Assembly: GCA_041690135.1 (NCBI GenBank)
Contig: JAWLHY010000023.1
Location: 1-40,537 of the forward strand
DNA length: 40,537 bases
Reading direction: 5' to 3'
Source: Armatimonadota bacterium
GTDB lineage: Bacteria > Armatimonadota > SYMT01
Position numbers and translations under genes: made by a program. Of the stretch, positions 17,758 to 26,906 are shown piece after piece. Below the pieces are notes generated by a model that made no database searches, was not told the origin of the DNA, and was given only the letters and a program-made list of their open reading frames with translations. Positions within the stretch are counted from its first letter, which is position 1. Every line of letters starts with the position of its first letter.

Positions 17758-18141
17758 TTATGCTGCCGGGGGGCCGCGACGAGCGAGGGAGGCGTCGAGT
17801 AACGCCAAACGAGGGAGGGCGGCGTGATCGGGACCGCGCCAGAACTGGGAATGCTTCGCTTCCTGAGTGGCCGGCCGAACCGGCAGGATACCGGCACGGC
17901 GGACGAGTAGACGGAGCCGGTGCCGGCGCCCGAGGGCTTTGACGGTCTCCAGGCAGCCTCCCGAGGCAACTTCGTCCTCCTCACCTTCCGGCGAATGCAC
18001 GGGTGCGGGACCGCCGACAGGAGCGGCCGCCCCCATGCTCAAGGGCATGCCAGCCCTGAACATCCCCCCGAAACTGCTGATCGGCAGGACCAGGACGATG
18101 CACAGCGCCAGCCAGAAGTGGAGAAGGCGTGTTCGGATCAC
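17758..18141 (-). CDS. Putative leader/arrest peptide with N-terminal hydrophobic segment and C-terminal RGPP (DUF2946/CutF-like)
   Basis: RLLHFWLALCIVLVLPISSFG hydrophobic N-terminus; ends ARRGPPAA*. Start codon uncertain. Confidence 0.6.
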   Translation of the reverse strand: MIRTRLLHFWLALCIVLVLPISSFGGMFRAGMPLSMGAAAPVGGPAPVHSPEGEEDEVASGGCLETVKALGRRHRLRLLVRRAGILPVRPATQEAKHSQFWRGPDHAALPRLALLDASLARRGPPAA

Positions 18142-18380
18142 TAAAGTTGGTGTCGGGAACTCACCCACCTGGAGGACCACATCGGGGACAGAAGATACTC
18201 CAGGCAAACCGGTCGTCTTCGTGTCGCTACTACACGATTATACCCGTGGGTCGATCCTCCGCCAAGGACACCTCGTAAGAGGCCGCTGGACCGGTAATTC
18301 CCGCCCGGTCGTACCGGCGGGCAACTCCCACTCCTGACGCCCCTACCGCCACCCAGATTTGTCCGGGGTAATTCCCCGCT

Positions 18381-21017
18381 TCACTGGCGAAAGATGAACA
18401 TCACACCGGCATGGAATTGCCCCAAACGGTTCCGGCTGAATTGCTCCGCCCGAACCTCCGGGTAGATCGCGCGTGCCTGGGCCAGCGCTTCGGCCTGGGT
18501 AGGCGCCGTAATCTCCCGCACCCCGCGTGGCAGGGGCTGGTCCGGCCGCGATGGAGAGTTCCAGGCGTACCAGCCGGTCGGGATGTACTGCACCCGGAAG
18601 GCCGCGTTTCGGAAAGCCTCCGGGCCAAAGGCCGGTGGCTCGGACCCCTGCCGATCGAAGGCTTTCAAGGTCTCCTGGTAAAGCTGAAGTGCCCCCTGCT
18701 GCTGCCCCGGGGTCAGAGCCGCCAGCGGAATCCCCTCGGGCTGACGGGCCTGCTGGAGCTGCTGCGCCGTGAGCTGGGAGAGGAAGCGGGCCCCGGATCG
18801 CCCCGAAGCGTCCTCGCCTTCGAGGAACAGCCACTCCCGCAGGCCCCAGCAGTGGCGAACCACCTCACCCACGCGACGCGAGTTGAGTTGTGAGTCCGGC
18901 AGGCCGGCCATCTCGATCAGGCTGGCAAGGGGAAGACCGGCGTGAGCCTCGCGTTCCTTCCGCCACCGCCGAAGGTGGCGGTTCGGCACCTCTTTGAGCT
19001 TATCCCAGTAGTAGCTTGTACTCCGGCCGAGGAGAAAGTCGCCATCCTGGGTCCAGCGTACGCCCATCCGGTCTCCCAGGCGGCACAGCGCGTCGAACAA
19101 CGACTGCTGCTTCTGGGCCATCCCGACGGCGGGAAAGAGCCCGGAGTAAAAGTCGGCAACAACCGGCAGGCCGGTCGCGCGGTGGACCGCTTCCCACACG
19201 TCCGCGGTCACCAGGTGGGGCTCCGCTTCGAGCGGAACGTTTTGATCCTGCGGGTCCGCGAACATCGGCTTCACCCCGGGACGGAAGTGGGGACAGGAAG
19301 GCGCCGGCTCGACAGACACAACCCGGTCGAAGGGCGGTTGCCCCTTGAGGGCCGCGTTGGCTTCTGCGTTCCCCGGGCGGGCGGACGAGGGGCTCCGCCC
19401 TATACCCAACTCCCGTTCGGTGAACGTCCGCGCCGGATAATCGTTCTCCTCCCAGCCTGCCGTCATCCACGACTTCAACGTGAGCTGTCCTAGTTCGGAC
19501 CGCACCAACCGCAGCCGAAGCTGCGTCACCCGGATCCCCGGCACCTCCCCCAGCGGCACATGCACGCCTCCGGGACCTCGCACCCGGCCGGTCCAGGAAG
19601 CGAGCAGCGCCGGTTGCCATTCGGCGGGTAGGCTCCGGTCCGGGTCGGCATGGTTATCCCGGAACGTCAGGTCCTGCCCCGAGAGCAGGGCCGCCCGCTC
19701 GCCGGGAGTGAGGCGGTGGTAGAGCTGCATCCCGCCCCAACCGCCGAAGATTACGGGAAAAAGCTGCCGCTCGCCTCGCTCTTTCCACCGGTGCTTAAGC
19801 TGATCGAAAGGGAGTTCCAGATAAGGCCGGTATTTCTCCATCTCGGCATCGAGGGCCAGCAACGCCTCGGCCTGGTCCCGGTTCCGCAGCTCCTCCTCCG
19901 CCAGCCGTGAACGGAGGTCCTGGGTCAACTCATACCGGTAGGCACCCTCCTCGCCGGCGCGGGACCAGGCATAGCCGAAGAGACGGGCGAGGGCTCGCAT
20001 CAGGTCGCGCGCCCGCACCTCCTTCACGAACAGGGTCACCTTCTCATCGGCCACCCCCCGGGAAGCACGGAGGGTAACCCCCGTTTGCCGCTCCAACTGG
20101 CGACACACATTTTCCAATGCTTCTCCCTTCGCTTCCAGGGAAACGTTCCTGTAGAGGCGGGTGTCGACAATCTTCGCTTGTTGTTCGTAGTTCTTGACCG
20201 CCTGCGCCGCCGCGGCGCGCTGATCCGCCGCGGCGGCCACCCGGGGGAGCGGGATGCGGACGAAGTCGTCGGCCGGCGGAGGCAACCGCGACAGGATGGC
20301 CGCCAGTTGCTCCTTCTCCCGATCGGCCATGCGGGTCCAGCGCGCCAGCATCCCGGCGTCGCGGCCGTCCAGGAACTGCTCATCCGGTAAGATCCGTGTT
20401 GCTCGCGGACCCGGCGACGGACGCGTCGCTTTTCCGGCCACCAGGCGCCGAGAATCCGGCTGCGCTCCGCCAACAGTCCGGCCTTCTCCCGCCCCGTGTA
20501 TTGTCTTCGGGTCCCGCGGGTGCCGCCTGCGCGTGCCGCGTCCGGGGCGGGCCTCCGTGACCGGGGCCGTCCCGTTTGCCGGGATCGGCGCCAGAGCGAT
20601 CGTTTCCGCACCCGGGTCCGCCGACGCGCGGTGCGGCTCCGGACGAGCACCTCGTACGGGAGATTCCCACGGCCCCCCCGCTGGTGGGCGAAGCGCATCG
20701 CCGCCAATCATCGCAACACCCAGGAGTGCCGCCGCGAGTCCACCCCAACCCAGGGCCGGAAGCCGGCGGGGCGCCGGTTGGCGGCATTCCCCCGCTTCGA
20801 TCCGGGCCCAGACCTGTCTCGCAGTTTCGTCAGTGCACTTTGGCGCCCTCACTGCCTGAAGCAGACCTCCGGAGAGCCGGCGGAGCTCTACCCAATACGC
20901 CCGGCAACTCTCGCATCCATCCAGGTGCCGGGCCGCGGAGGAGCCGGCGGTCAGCCCGGTCTCAAGGTCGGCCGAGCGCTCGAGCCAGCGTCGATACCAA
21001 TGACAGATCGGGTTCAC
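18381..21017 (-). CDS. Large anti-sigma-like protein (zf-HC2, TM helix, Pro/Arg-rich linker, secretin-N/STN-like extracytoplasmic domains)
   Basis: HLDGCESC zinc motif, TM LGWGGLAAALLGVAMIGG, VSLEAKGEALENVCRQLERQTGV STN-like segment; GTGA overlap with the sigma stop. Confidence 0.78.
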   Translation of the reverse strand: MNPICHWYRRWLERSADLETGLTAGSSAARHLDGCESCRAYWVELRRLSGGLLQAVRAPKCTDETARQVWARIEAGECRQPAPRRLPALGWGGLAAALLGVAMIGGDALRPPAGGPWESPVRGARPEPHRASADPGAETIALAPIPANGTAPVTEARPGRGTRRRHPRDPKTIHGAGEGRTVGGAQPDSRRLVAGKATRPSPGPRATRILPDEQFLDGRDAGMLARWTRMADREKEQLAAILSRLPPPADDFVRIPLPRVAAAADQRAAAAQAVKNYEQQAKIVDTRLYRNVSLEAKGEALENVCRQLERQTGVTLRASRGVADEKVTLFVKEVRARDLMRALARLFGYAWSRAGEEGAYRYELTQDLRSRLAEEELRNRDQAEALLALDAEMEKYRPYLELPFDQLKHRWKERGERQLFPVIFGGWGGMQLYHRLTPGERAALLSGQDLTFRDNHADPDRSLPAEWQPALLASWTGRVRGPGGVHVPLGEVPGIRVTQLRLRLVRSELGQLTLKSWMTAGWEENDYPARTFTERELGIGRSPSSARPGNAEANAALKGQPPFDRVVSVEPAPSCPHFRPGVKPMFADPQDQNVPLEAEPHLVTADVWEAVHRATGLPVVADFYSGLFPAVGMAQKQQSLFDALCRLGDRMGVRWTQDGDFLLGRSTSYYWDKLKEVPNRHLRRWRKEREAHAGLPLASLIEMAGLPDSQLNSRRVGEVVRHCWGLREWLFLEGEDASGRSGARFLSQLTAQQLQQARQPEGIPLAALTPGQQQGALQLYQETLKAFDRQGSEPPAFGPEAFRNAAFRVQYIPTGWYAWNSPSRPDQPLPRGVREITAPTQAEALAQARAIYPEVRAEQFSRNRLGQFHAGVMFIFRQ

Positions 21018-21586
21018 AGCGCCCACTCCTTTCCCATCCGCCGGCGCAGCAGGCGCATTGCGCCGGCCAGGCGACCAACGACGGTCGATTCGGGAAGTCC
21101 CAGGGCCAGGGCAATCTCCTGGCGGGTGCAGCCAGAGCCGAACCGCATGAGCAGGGGCACCCGGAACTTTTCGGGAAGAGCTTCGACAGCTTCCGTCAAC
21201 TGCCGCCGCGCCTCTTCCGAGAGCAACTCCCCTTCCGGCGTGGGGCCTTCCGCCAGCCACTCCGGGTCGAGAGGCTGCGTGCGGCGGACGCGTTTACGGC
21301 GTAGGGCGTCGTGGCAGAGATTCCGGGTAATCTGCATCACCCAGGCCTGCCAGCCCGCCTCCCCGCGCAACCGGGGTAGCGAAAGGTAGGCCCGAACGAA
21401 CGCCTCCTGAACCACGTCTTCCGCTTCCTCGCGCTCCCCCAACCGGGCAAAGGCGTAGGCGAAGACCAGGTTTCGGTGTCGTTCGATGAGCAGGGAGAAC
21501 GCTTCCCGGTCGCCGCCACGCGCCGCCACGACCAGCGCCTCGGTAGGAAATTCCCCATGCATCTCCACCACTGCCATACCTACCAT
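21014..21586 (-). CDS. ECF RNA polymerase sigma-70 factor
   Basis: GDREAFSLLIERH, EAEDVVQEAF, W...ITRNLCHDALR, LPEKFR, EIALALGLPESTV. Confidence 0.95.
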   Translation of the reverse strand: MVGMAVVEMHGEFPTEALVVAARGGDREAFSLLIERHRNLVFAYAFARLGEREEAEDVVQEAFVRAYLSLPRLRGEAGWQAWVMQITRNLCHDALRRKRVRRTQPLDPEWLAEGPTPEGELLSEEARRQLTEAVEALPEKFRVPLLMRFGSGCTRQEIALALGLPESTVVGRLAGAMRLLRRRMGKEWAL

Positions 21587-21784
21587 CTTCCGCTTCTCCC
21601 TCCAGGGTGTCCTCGTGCGGTTCGCGACTAAGACGCACACGCGGAGGAGACGAAACAACCTTTTTTGATGAGTCACCGGAATTTGCCGGAGGTCCGGTCG
21701 AGTAGGAAAAGGTGAATCAGGGACGATGCCATGGGAGGAACCCGTAAACCTCCCTGCGGCTCTCCGGCGAAGAGGAATCCATCA

Positions 21785-22447
21785 ATGACCCACACGAAAC
21801 GGATTCGACAACTGTTCGAAGAGTTGCTGGGTCCGCGCGCCTCGCGCCTCGCCGGCGAGCGGTCTGCGGTGGAAACTATCGAGCGGCTGGCAGAAGTGCT
21901 GACGCAGAGGTTCGACCCAGAGACCGCCTACGAGATCGCCTTCCATCTTTCCGATTGGAACAGCGACGCCGCGTTCATCACGGCCATGCACCTCTTCCCG
22001 GAGCGGTTCACCGAGGATGAGATTGCGGACGGCGTAGATGCCTTCCTGATCCACGCACCCAATCACATCGCCGCGGCGGCCCAGCTCGCCCGGCATCCGG
22101 TCCGGGATATCTTCGAGGTCAAGGTCCGGTTCCATGTCGAGGCGGACGACTGGCACGCGGGTGGAAGTATCATCACCGCGGAAGAAAAGCTGCGGATGAT
22201 CCAGGAGACCTTGGAAAACTCTGGCCCCATCATCGTGCAGCACTGGCACTACCGGGGCAGCGCGGCGCCGGACCGGCGGGTGTTCTCGGAGTATGACGAG
22301 TTCCTGAACTGGCTACGGCAAGAGACCGTCGCCGGTGATGCGGTCGACGTGTGGAGTTGGGAGGCCGTGTGCCGGCCGGAAAACCAGCTCGTCGAGGGCA
22401 AATGCCCGGACGAGCAGGGGCGGGTACCGCGGCGAGGAGCCTATTAG
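21785..22447 (+). CDS. Hypothetical protein, probably two small fused domains
   Basis: Host-like codon usage, GAAGAGGA RBS; conserved-looking blocks IAFHLSDWNSD and HWHYRGSAAPDRRVF...PRRGAY. Confidence 0.7.
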   Translation: MTHTKRIRQLFEELLGPRASRLAGERSAVETIERLAEVLTQRFDPETAYEIAFHLSDWNSDAAFITAMHLFPERFTEDEIADGVDAFLIHAPNHIAAAAQLARHPVRDIFEVKVRFHVEADDWHAGGSIITAEEKLRMIQETLENSGPIIVQHWHYRGSAAPDRRVFSEYDEFLNWLRQETVAGDAVDVWSWEAVCRPENQLVEGKCPDEQGRVPRRGAY

Positions 22448-22449
22448 GC

Positions 22450-22592
22450 ACTGCTCCAGACCGGAGAAGAACGCGGATGGACGCTACCTCCGCTTCGTGC
22501 ACAAAGACTACTTCGGAGACCTCCCCTTCGAGGCGGAGAGCTTTGATCTGATACTCGCCCTGTATGCGCTGCTGAGGGATGCGTGGGAGTAA
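22450..22592 (+). pseudogene. Class I SAM-methyltransferase-like fragment
   Basis: RFVHKDYFGDLPFEAESFDLILALYA, with no proper start. Confidence 0.4.
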
Positions 22593-22772
22593 CTGAGCAG
22601 TTTCAGGAACCAAGACCGGTGCGCTGGGGGGTGGGTGCCGGAACCCCGCAAGATGTATCCCCGGCCCCCTATCCACACAATCCACACAATACACAAAACC
22701 CCTGCTTGCTTGTCACACAAAACTACGCACAATTCCCGCGCGAGGGTTCGGCGGGGTCCGGGAGACGTCCAC

Positions 22773-22821
22773 CGCCGCGGAGGGGTTCGAACCCCCGACA
22801 CCCAATTCCGAAGACTGGTGC
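22773..22821 (-). repeat. att site: degenerate 3' fragment of tRNA-Arg(UCG)
   Basis: Direct repeat of 38161-38210 with one deletion and two substitutions; contains the anticodon arm and T arm only. Confidence 0.9.
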
Positions 22822-22932
22822 CGGGGGGTTTTTCTTGTCTCCGCTAGTCCCGCCGAAAGCCCGTCCGTGCCTAGATCACCGCACGGAAATGCCTTCAAGT
22901 ATTGGATGGTGATCGGAGCTGCTAACACGTTG

Positions 22933-22954
22933 GTTTGCAAACACGTTTGCAAAC
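22933..22954. promoter_or_regulatory. Putative integrase arm-type sites (2x GTTTGCAAAC)
   Basis: The same doublet occurs at 38081-38101, just inside the other att. Confidence 0.7.
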
Positions 22955-23109
22955 CACAAAGGTGAGGTGGGGCCCCACAGGAAGTCGGAGTCCCGTTCCT
23001 GCGGGACTCCGGTCGAATCCGCATCCTCATCCGTGCTAGACCCGTGTCGGGGGCAGTCCGGCGCGTGGCCGTCGTCCCACGGACACCCATCAGTAGCCTG
23101 CCGCCGCGA

Positions 23110-24843
23110 TCAGGAATATCGCGCTCGCTGAATACGGCGGTAGACGATGCGGGCAGGCCTGGCAGCCGGGGAAGCTATCTTGGATCCATTCCCCATCAGG
23201 ACAGATGCGCTGTAGCCCGTGACACTAGCCCCCCGTGTACTCCAATTGCCACTGTCCCTCACAGCAACCCCTTCCTGCAGGGCAGTGCTGAGGATATCCA
23301 TCACCCGCACCTTCAGTTCGTCCTCTTTGCCAGGATAGGCCTGCAGCGCAGCGATCCCAGCAGCATACTCTTCTGTCGGACCCGGATACAGAATGGCCGC
23401 GTATCGAACTACGTGGCGTTCGTCCTGGTCGCGGATAGCATCCCGGTATGCGTGCATCTTATCGATGTCCGTCTTGGTCGGCCTCAGATCGCCAGTGCAG
23501 TCCTGCAAGTCCTCCCCTTCCAACTTGTACTTGGGATCGAAAAGGTACAGTAACGGCGGCCGGTCGGACGCCACGATCTCGAGCGATATGTCTGGCCTCT
23601 GAGGCCGACTGATGCTTCGTAGCACGCCCTGCTTCTCATAACTAGGCGTTACACGCAGTCGCACGACTGCCCCTTGCACAGGGTCTTCCAATATAAGCAC
23701 GGGACCGTTCCCAGGAAATAACCGGACGTACAACCCAGAGCGATCGCGCCCTACCAACTGCTGGGAAACGGTTCGGAAGCCCAGGTCCTTTGCCGTTTCC
23801 AGCAACACCAAGAGAATCTGTAGCGTTCCCCAAATCTGGTAAATGACCGGCAGGTTCTCAAGTGGCAAATCGAGCGTCGGTTCATCCAGCCGAACGGAGC
23901 AACTCTTGCAAAACTCCAGGTACCCTTCGAACGCGGCCCGGTAGTCCGGCCGGCGCATGAGTACCATCGTTACTCGCAAGGGTGCACTCGTCGGGAGCCT
24001 CACCCCATCAAGGAACGCCGCTTCCTGCCGAGCCAGCCGGAGCCGTTCTACTAGTCGTTCTACCTCGGTAGAAATCGGTGACTGAATCGCCGTAACAGCA
24101 GAGCGCAGACGACAAAGGCGTCTCCGAACCAATTCGTAGAACGTCCGCACCAAACGGTTCTCGTAAACGTCGGCAGAATGTTCAACGCGCGAGTCGATCA
24201 CCTTGGTTGGTAGTCCGCGCTCATCAACACCGCGACCGATTGCCAGACACGCTGTTACACGCCCAAGATGGGGGCGCCGTGCGAGATCCCGACGAATGGA
24301 GAGCTCAGTCGAGCATAACACCTGATAGGGATCCCGGCTGATCCTCGAGAGTGCACTTGGCAGCCCCTTTCGGTTCGGCGTGCCCTCGATTGCGCGCTTC
24401 AAACGATACAGTTCCTGCGCCAGAGTAGCCTCGGCTGGCGGCGTAATCTTGACTCCCGCAAGAGCCCCCACGGACTGAAGTGCTACGGCAACACGCGTTG
24501 GGAGGTTCAGATCCAAGTCTTCCAGCATATGCTCGAAGGCGTTCGCGCTGATCTTCCGCGGCCCTACCGTGATCGTCCGTGCGGAAACACCCTCCGGCGT
24601 GTGCGTCTCCAGCCGGTAGTGACCAGCAGGGGATCGCGGCCAATCCGCAACCAGCCGCGGCCCGCTTATGAAGAGGCGGTACGAGATCGGAAGTGAAATT
24701 CCGTTTCGCAGCACCTGCACCCGCTTCAGGTCCCATTGGTGCGGCCCCAGATCGAGGTAACCACTCCGCCATTCCTCGGGCGAAGCAAGTTCCTCGCCGT
24801 CGGCGTTCCGGAACTTGAATTCAGAAATAGGAGACGAACCCAT
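23110..24843 (-). CDS. McrC-like DUF2357 + PD-(D/E)XK nuclease
   Basis: DVYENRLV, IYQIWG, QRPDI...FDPKYK, DIDKMHAYRDAI, AAILYPG; overlaps the McrB-like gene. Confidence 0.88.
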   Translation of the reverse strand: MGSSPISEFKFRNADGEELASPEEWRSGYLDLGPHQWDLKRVQVLRNGISLPISYRLFISGPRLVADWPRSPAGHYRLETHTPEGVSARTITVGPRKISANAFEHMLEDLDLNLPTRVAVALQSVGALAGVKITPPAEATLAQELYRLKRAIEGTPNRKGLPSALSRISRDPYQVLCSTELSIRRDLARRPHLGRVTACLAIGRGVDERGLPTKVIDSRVEHSADVYENRLVRTFYELVRRRLCRLRSAVTAIQSPISTEVERLVERLRLARQEAAFLDGVRLPTSAPLRVTMVLMRRPDYRAAFEGYLEFCKSCSVRLDEPTLDLPLENLPVIYQIWGTLQILLVLLETAKDLGFRTVSQQLVGRDRSGLYVRLFPGNGPVLILEDPVQGAVVRLRVTPSYEKQGVLRSISRPQRPDISLEIVASDRPPLLYLFDPKYKLEGEDLQDCTGDLRPTKTDIDKMHAYRDAIRDQDERHVVRYAAILYPGPTEEYAAGIAALQAYPGKEDELKVRVMDILSTALQEGVAVRDSGNWSTRGASVTGYSASVLMGNGSKIASPAARPARIVYRRIQRARYS

Positions 24844-26473
24844 GATTTCGGCATCCGACCAGCATCTGTGTTGCCTTCCTGTGGCTCAGCGGGTGCTCCT
24901 GCGCGGCAATTCGGGTAAACGCAGTTAGAGCTTCCTCGGTGGATGAATCGCCCCCTCGGAACTTCGGCAATACCTTCTGAAGCAATTGTTCGTCGAGAGC
25001 ATCCTGCCAGGAGCAACCCAGTTCATCGGCTGCCTTCACGTATTCACGTATCTCGACCATCACCCGGAATGCGAAGGGGGCCACGTGATGCACCGCATCC
25101 CAAATGCTCATTAGACGGTCTGCAAACGGCGCATCGCCCAGTACCTGCTCTAGGTCCTGCCTGGTGGCTTCTAGTTCAATCAGCTGGGCACGGTCATAGA
25201 TCTTGTCGGCAAACCCTTGAGTGGTTTCGTCGACGTTGATCGTACCGATGAAGTAGAGGTTCGGCGGGAGCTTTACAACCGCTCCGGGTGCCAAATCGAT
25301 GTGCGCCTCTTTGGACCGGGCGCGAATTTCCATAGCGCTGAGGAAGCGTGCGAAGTAATACTCCACTCGCGCCAAGTTCATCTCGTCGAGAATGAGGTGG
25401 TATGGCACCGGCGCCACCCCGGCAGCGCGGGCTCTGTCGTCGGCGTCCGCAGCTTCCCGGAGAAAAGTCGTGAACGATGTCTCTTGGAAGGTGCCGCCAC
25501 TCGGTCCGAACGGATTGAAGAAACCGAGCAGGTCCTCATTCGAGTTCCAGTTAGGTGCGACCGCCACCAGGCAGCAACGTGCCCCCGCGCTTGCAGCATA
25601 CGCTTCAGCTAACCACGTCTTGCCCGTTCCACTGACCCCCGCGAGGATGACGAACTTTCTGCTCTGTAGTGCCAAATGATAACGACGAATGAGTTGCTCG
25701 CTCAGCACCAACCCTTGTGCTTGTATGGACTGCACCAGTGCATCGAAACTCGGCGCTTGGTAACCCACCATACTCGGCTCGGACTCGCAGTCCGGATCAT
25801 TCGTGGACGGCAACTTCAGCCCAATACGTGCCCAACCCTTCTCCGTGAGCGTCCAGTAGCGCCTCTTTGAGTTGTCCAACTCTCCCGACTCAACTAGTTT
25901 TGCTCGTGCCCATCTTACGCGGTTTTGCCAAAGTGTTCCGTGGCCATCCGGACTTGGAAGCTGTCTCACCTCAGCGGCTAGTCCGAAGTGGTCCGCGAGT
26001 GGCTCATACACCTTTGCTGCCTGGACACACCCACCATGCTGGGCGATCACTTGGAGAAGGGGGTCCATAATGGCCGTCTGCGTCGGCAGGGCAGACGGAT
26101 CCGCGCGTTGTGTGCTCTTGCCACTCCCCTTCCGGGTGAAGCCTAACGCCGATTGGAGTTTCTCCGCCTGTTCGGGAAGGACAAGCCTCTCGTCCACGAG
26201 GTAGGTAAGACCCTTCTCAGAGAGCTTCCAGATGCCTCTGCCCGCATTCTCGTCGACATACTCCATCTTGCGCAGTTCATTCCTTGCCCACTGGACCTCA
26301 TTCTCCCACGCCACTTTCACTCCATCGGCTCGTTTCTCAGCTCGCTGCTCTGGCGTGAGTTCAAACTCATCGGCTAATGAACTGTAAAGATCGCGGGCGC
26401 GTGCGGATCCGCCGCGTTCAGCGATAGCTACTAAAAGGGGCTTCCAGATCTTGGTGTATGACGGTACAGGCAT
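24821..26473 (-). CDS. McrB-like AAA+ GTPase with two N-terminal Mrr_N winged-helix domains
   Basis: Two repeats of P...PLL..IA..GG...W.N.V.WAR..L...W.L(S/T)EKG; GVSGTGKT, LILDEMNLARVEYYF, GTINVDETT. Confidence 0.9.
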   Translation of the reverse strand: MPVPSYTKIWKPLLVAIAERGGSARARDLYSSLADEFELTPEQRAEKRADGVKVAWENEVQWARNELRKMEYVDENAGRGIWKLSEKGLTYLVDERLVLPEQAEKLQSALGFTRKGSGKSTQRADPSALPTQTAIMDPLLQVIAQHGGCVQAAKVYEPLADHFGLAAEVRQLPSPDGHGTLWQNRVRWARAKLVESGELDNSKRRYWTLTEKGWARIGLKLPSTNDPDCESEPSMVGYQAPSFDALVQSIQAQGLVLSEQLIRRYHLALQSRKFVILAGVSGTGKTWLAEAYAASAGARCCLVAVAPNWNSNEDLLGFFNPFGPSGGTFQETSFTTFLREAADADDRARAAGVAPVPYHLILDEMNLARVEYYFARFLSAMEIRARSKEAHIDLAPGAVVKLPPNLYFIGTINVDETTQGFADKIYDRAQLIELEATRQDLEQVLGDAPFADRLMSIWDAVHHVAPFAFRVMVEIREYVKAADELGCSWQDALDEQLLQKVLPKFRGGDSSTEEALTAFTRIAAQEHPLSHRKATQMLVGCRNHGFVSYF

Positions 26474-26906
26474 TCAACGACTCTCAGAGTTCTCATATAG
26501 CAGGGGATACCATTCCAGATGCAACACCAGTAGTCTGCAACTGCGCCAAGCACTACACGAAAATATGTCCAGGCATAAACGCCGATCAACATACCCAACC
26601 CCCCACGATAAGTAGTTGATTGAGACCTCGCTTCGAGAAGGCTTGTTCTTGGAACTATCAATCACAAGAACAAACGGGTACTCTCCTTTTCCCCGTACCA
26701 CTTCCCGTTAGAGTCTTGCGGTGCGTTTAGCACTAAGGCGGTCACTCGCAAAGAGCCCTAACTAGTTGCCAATACATCAATCTAATCTGTCCAGCACAAC
26801 AAACTACTTTAAGGGGAAGACTCGCAATGGTAGCCCAGCGCTTTACCTCACCGAACCTTACATTCAATCACCCAGACATGATCGGACTTCTAAATTCACT
26901 CCAATC

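Noticed and set aside
17586-17767. RNase P-like phrases (GGGGAAAGCCC ... CAGAAAGGCCCTTAT)
   Set aside because: P4 strands do not pair properly, the span is only ~180 nt, and other conserved regions are missing.
23068-23093. Hammerhead-like minus-strand CTGATGGGTGTCCGTGGGACGACGG
   Set aside because: Core deviates (no CUGAUGA, no GAAA) and I could not build stems I and III.
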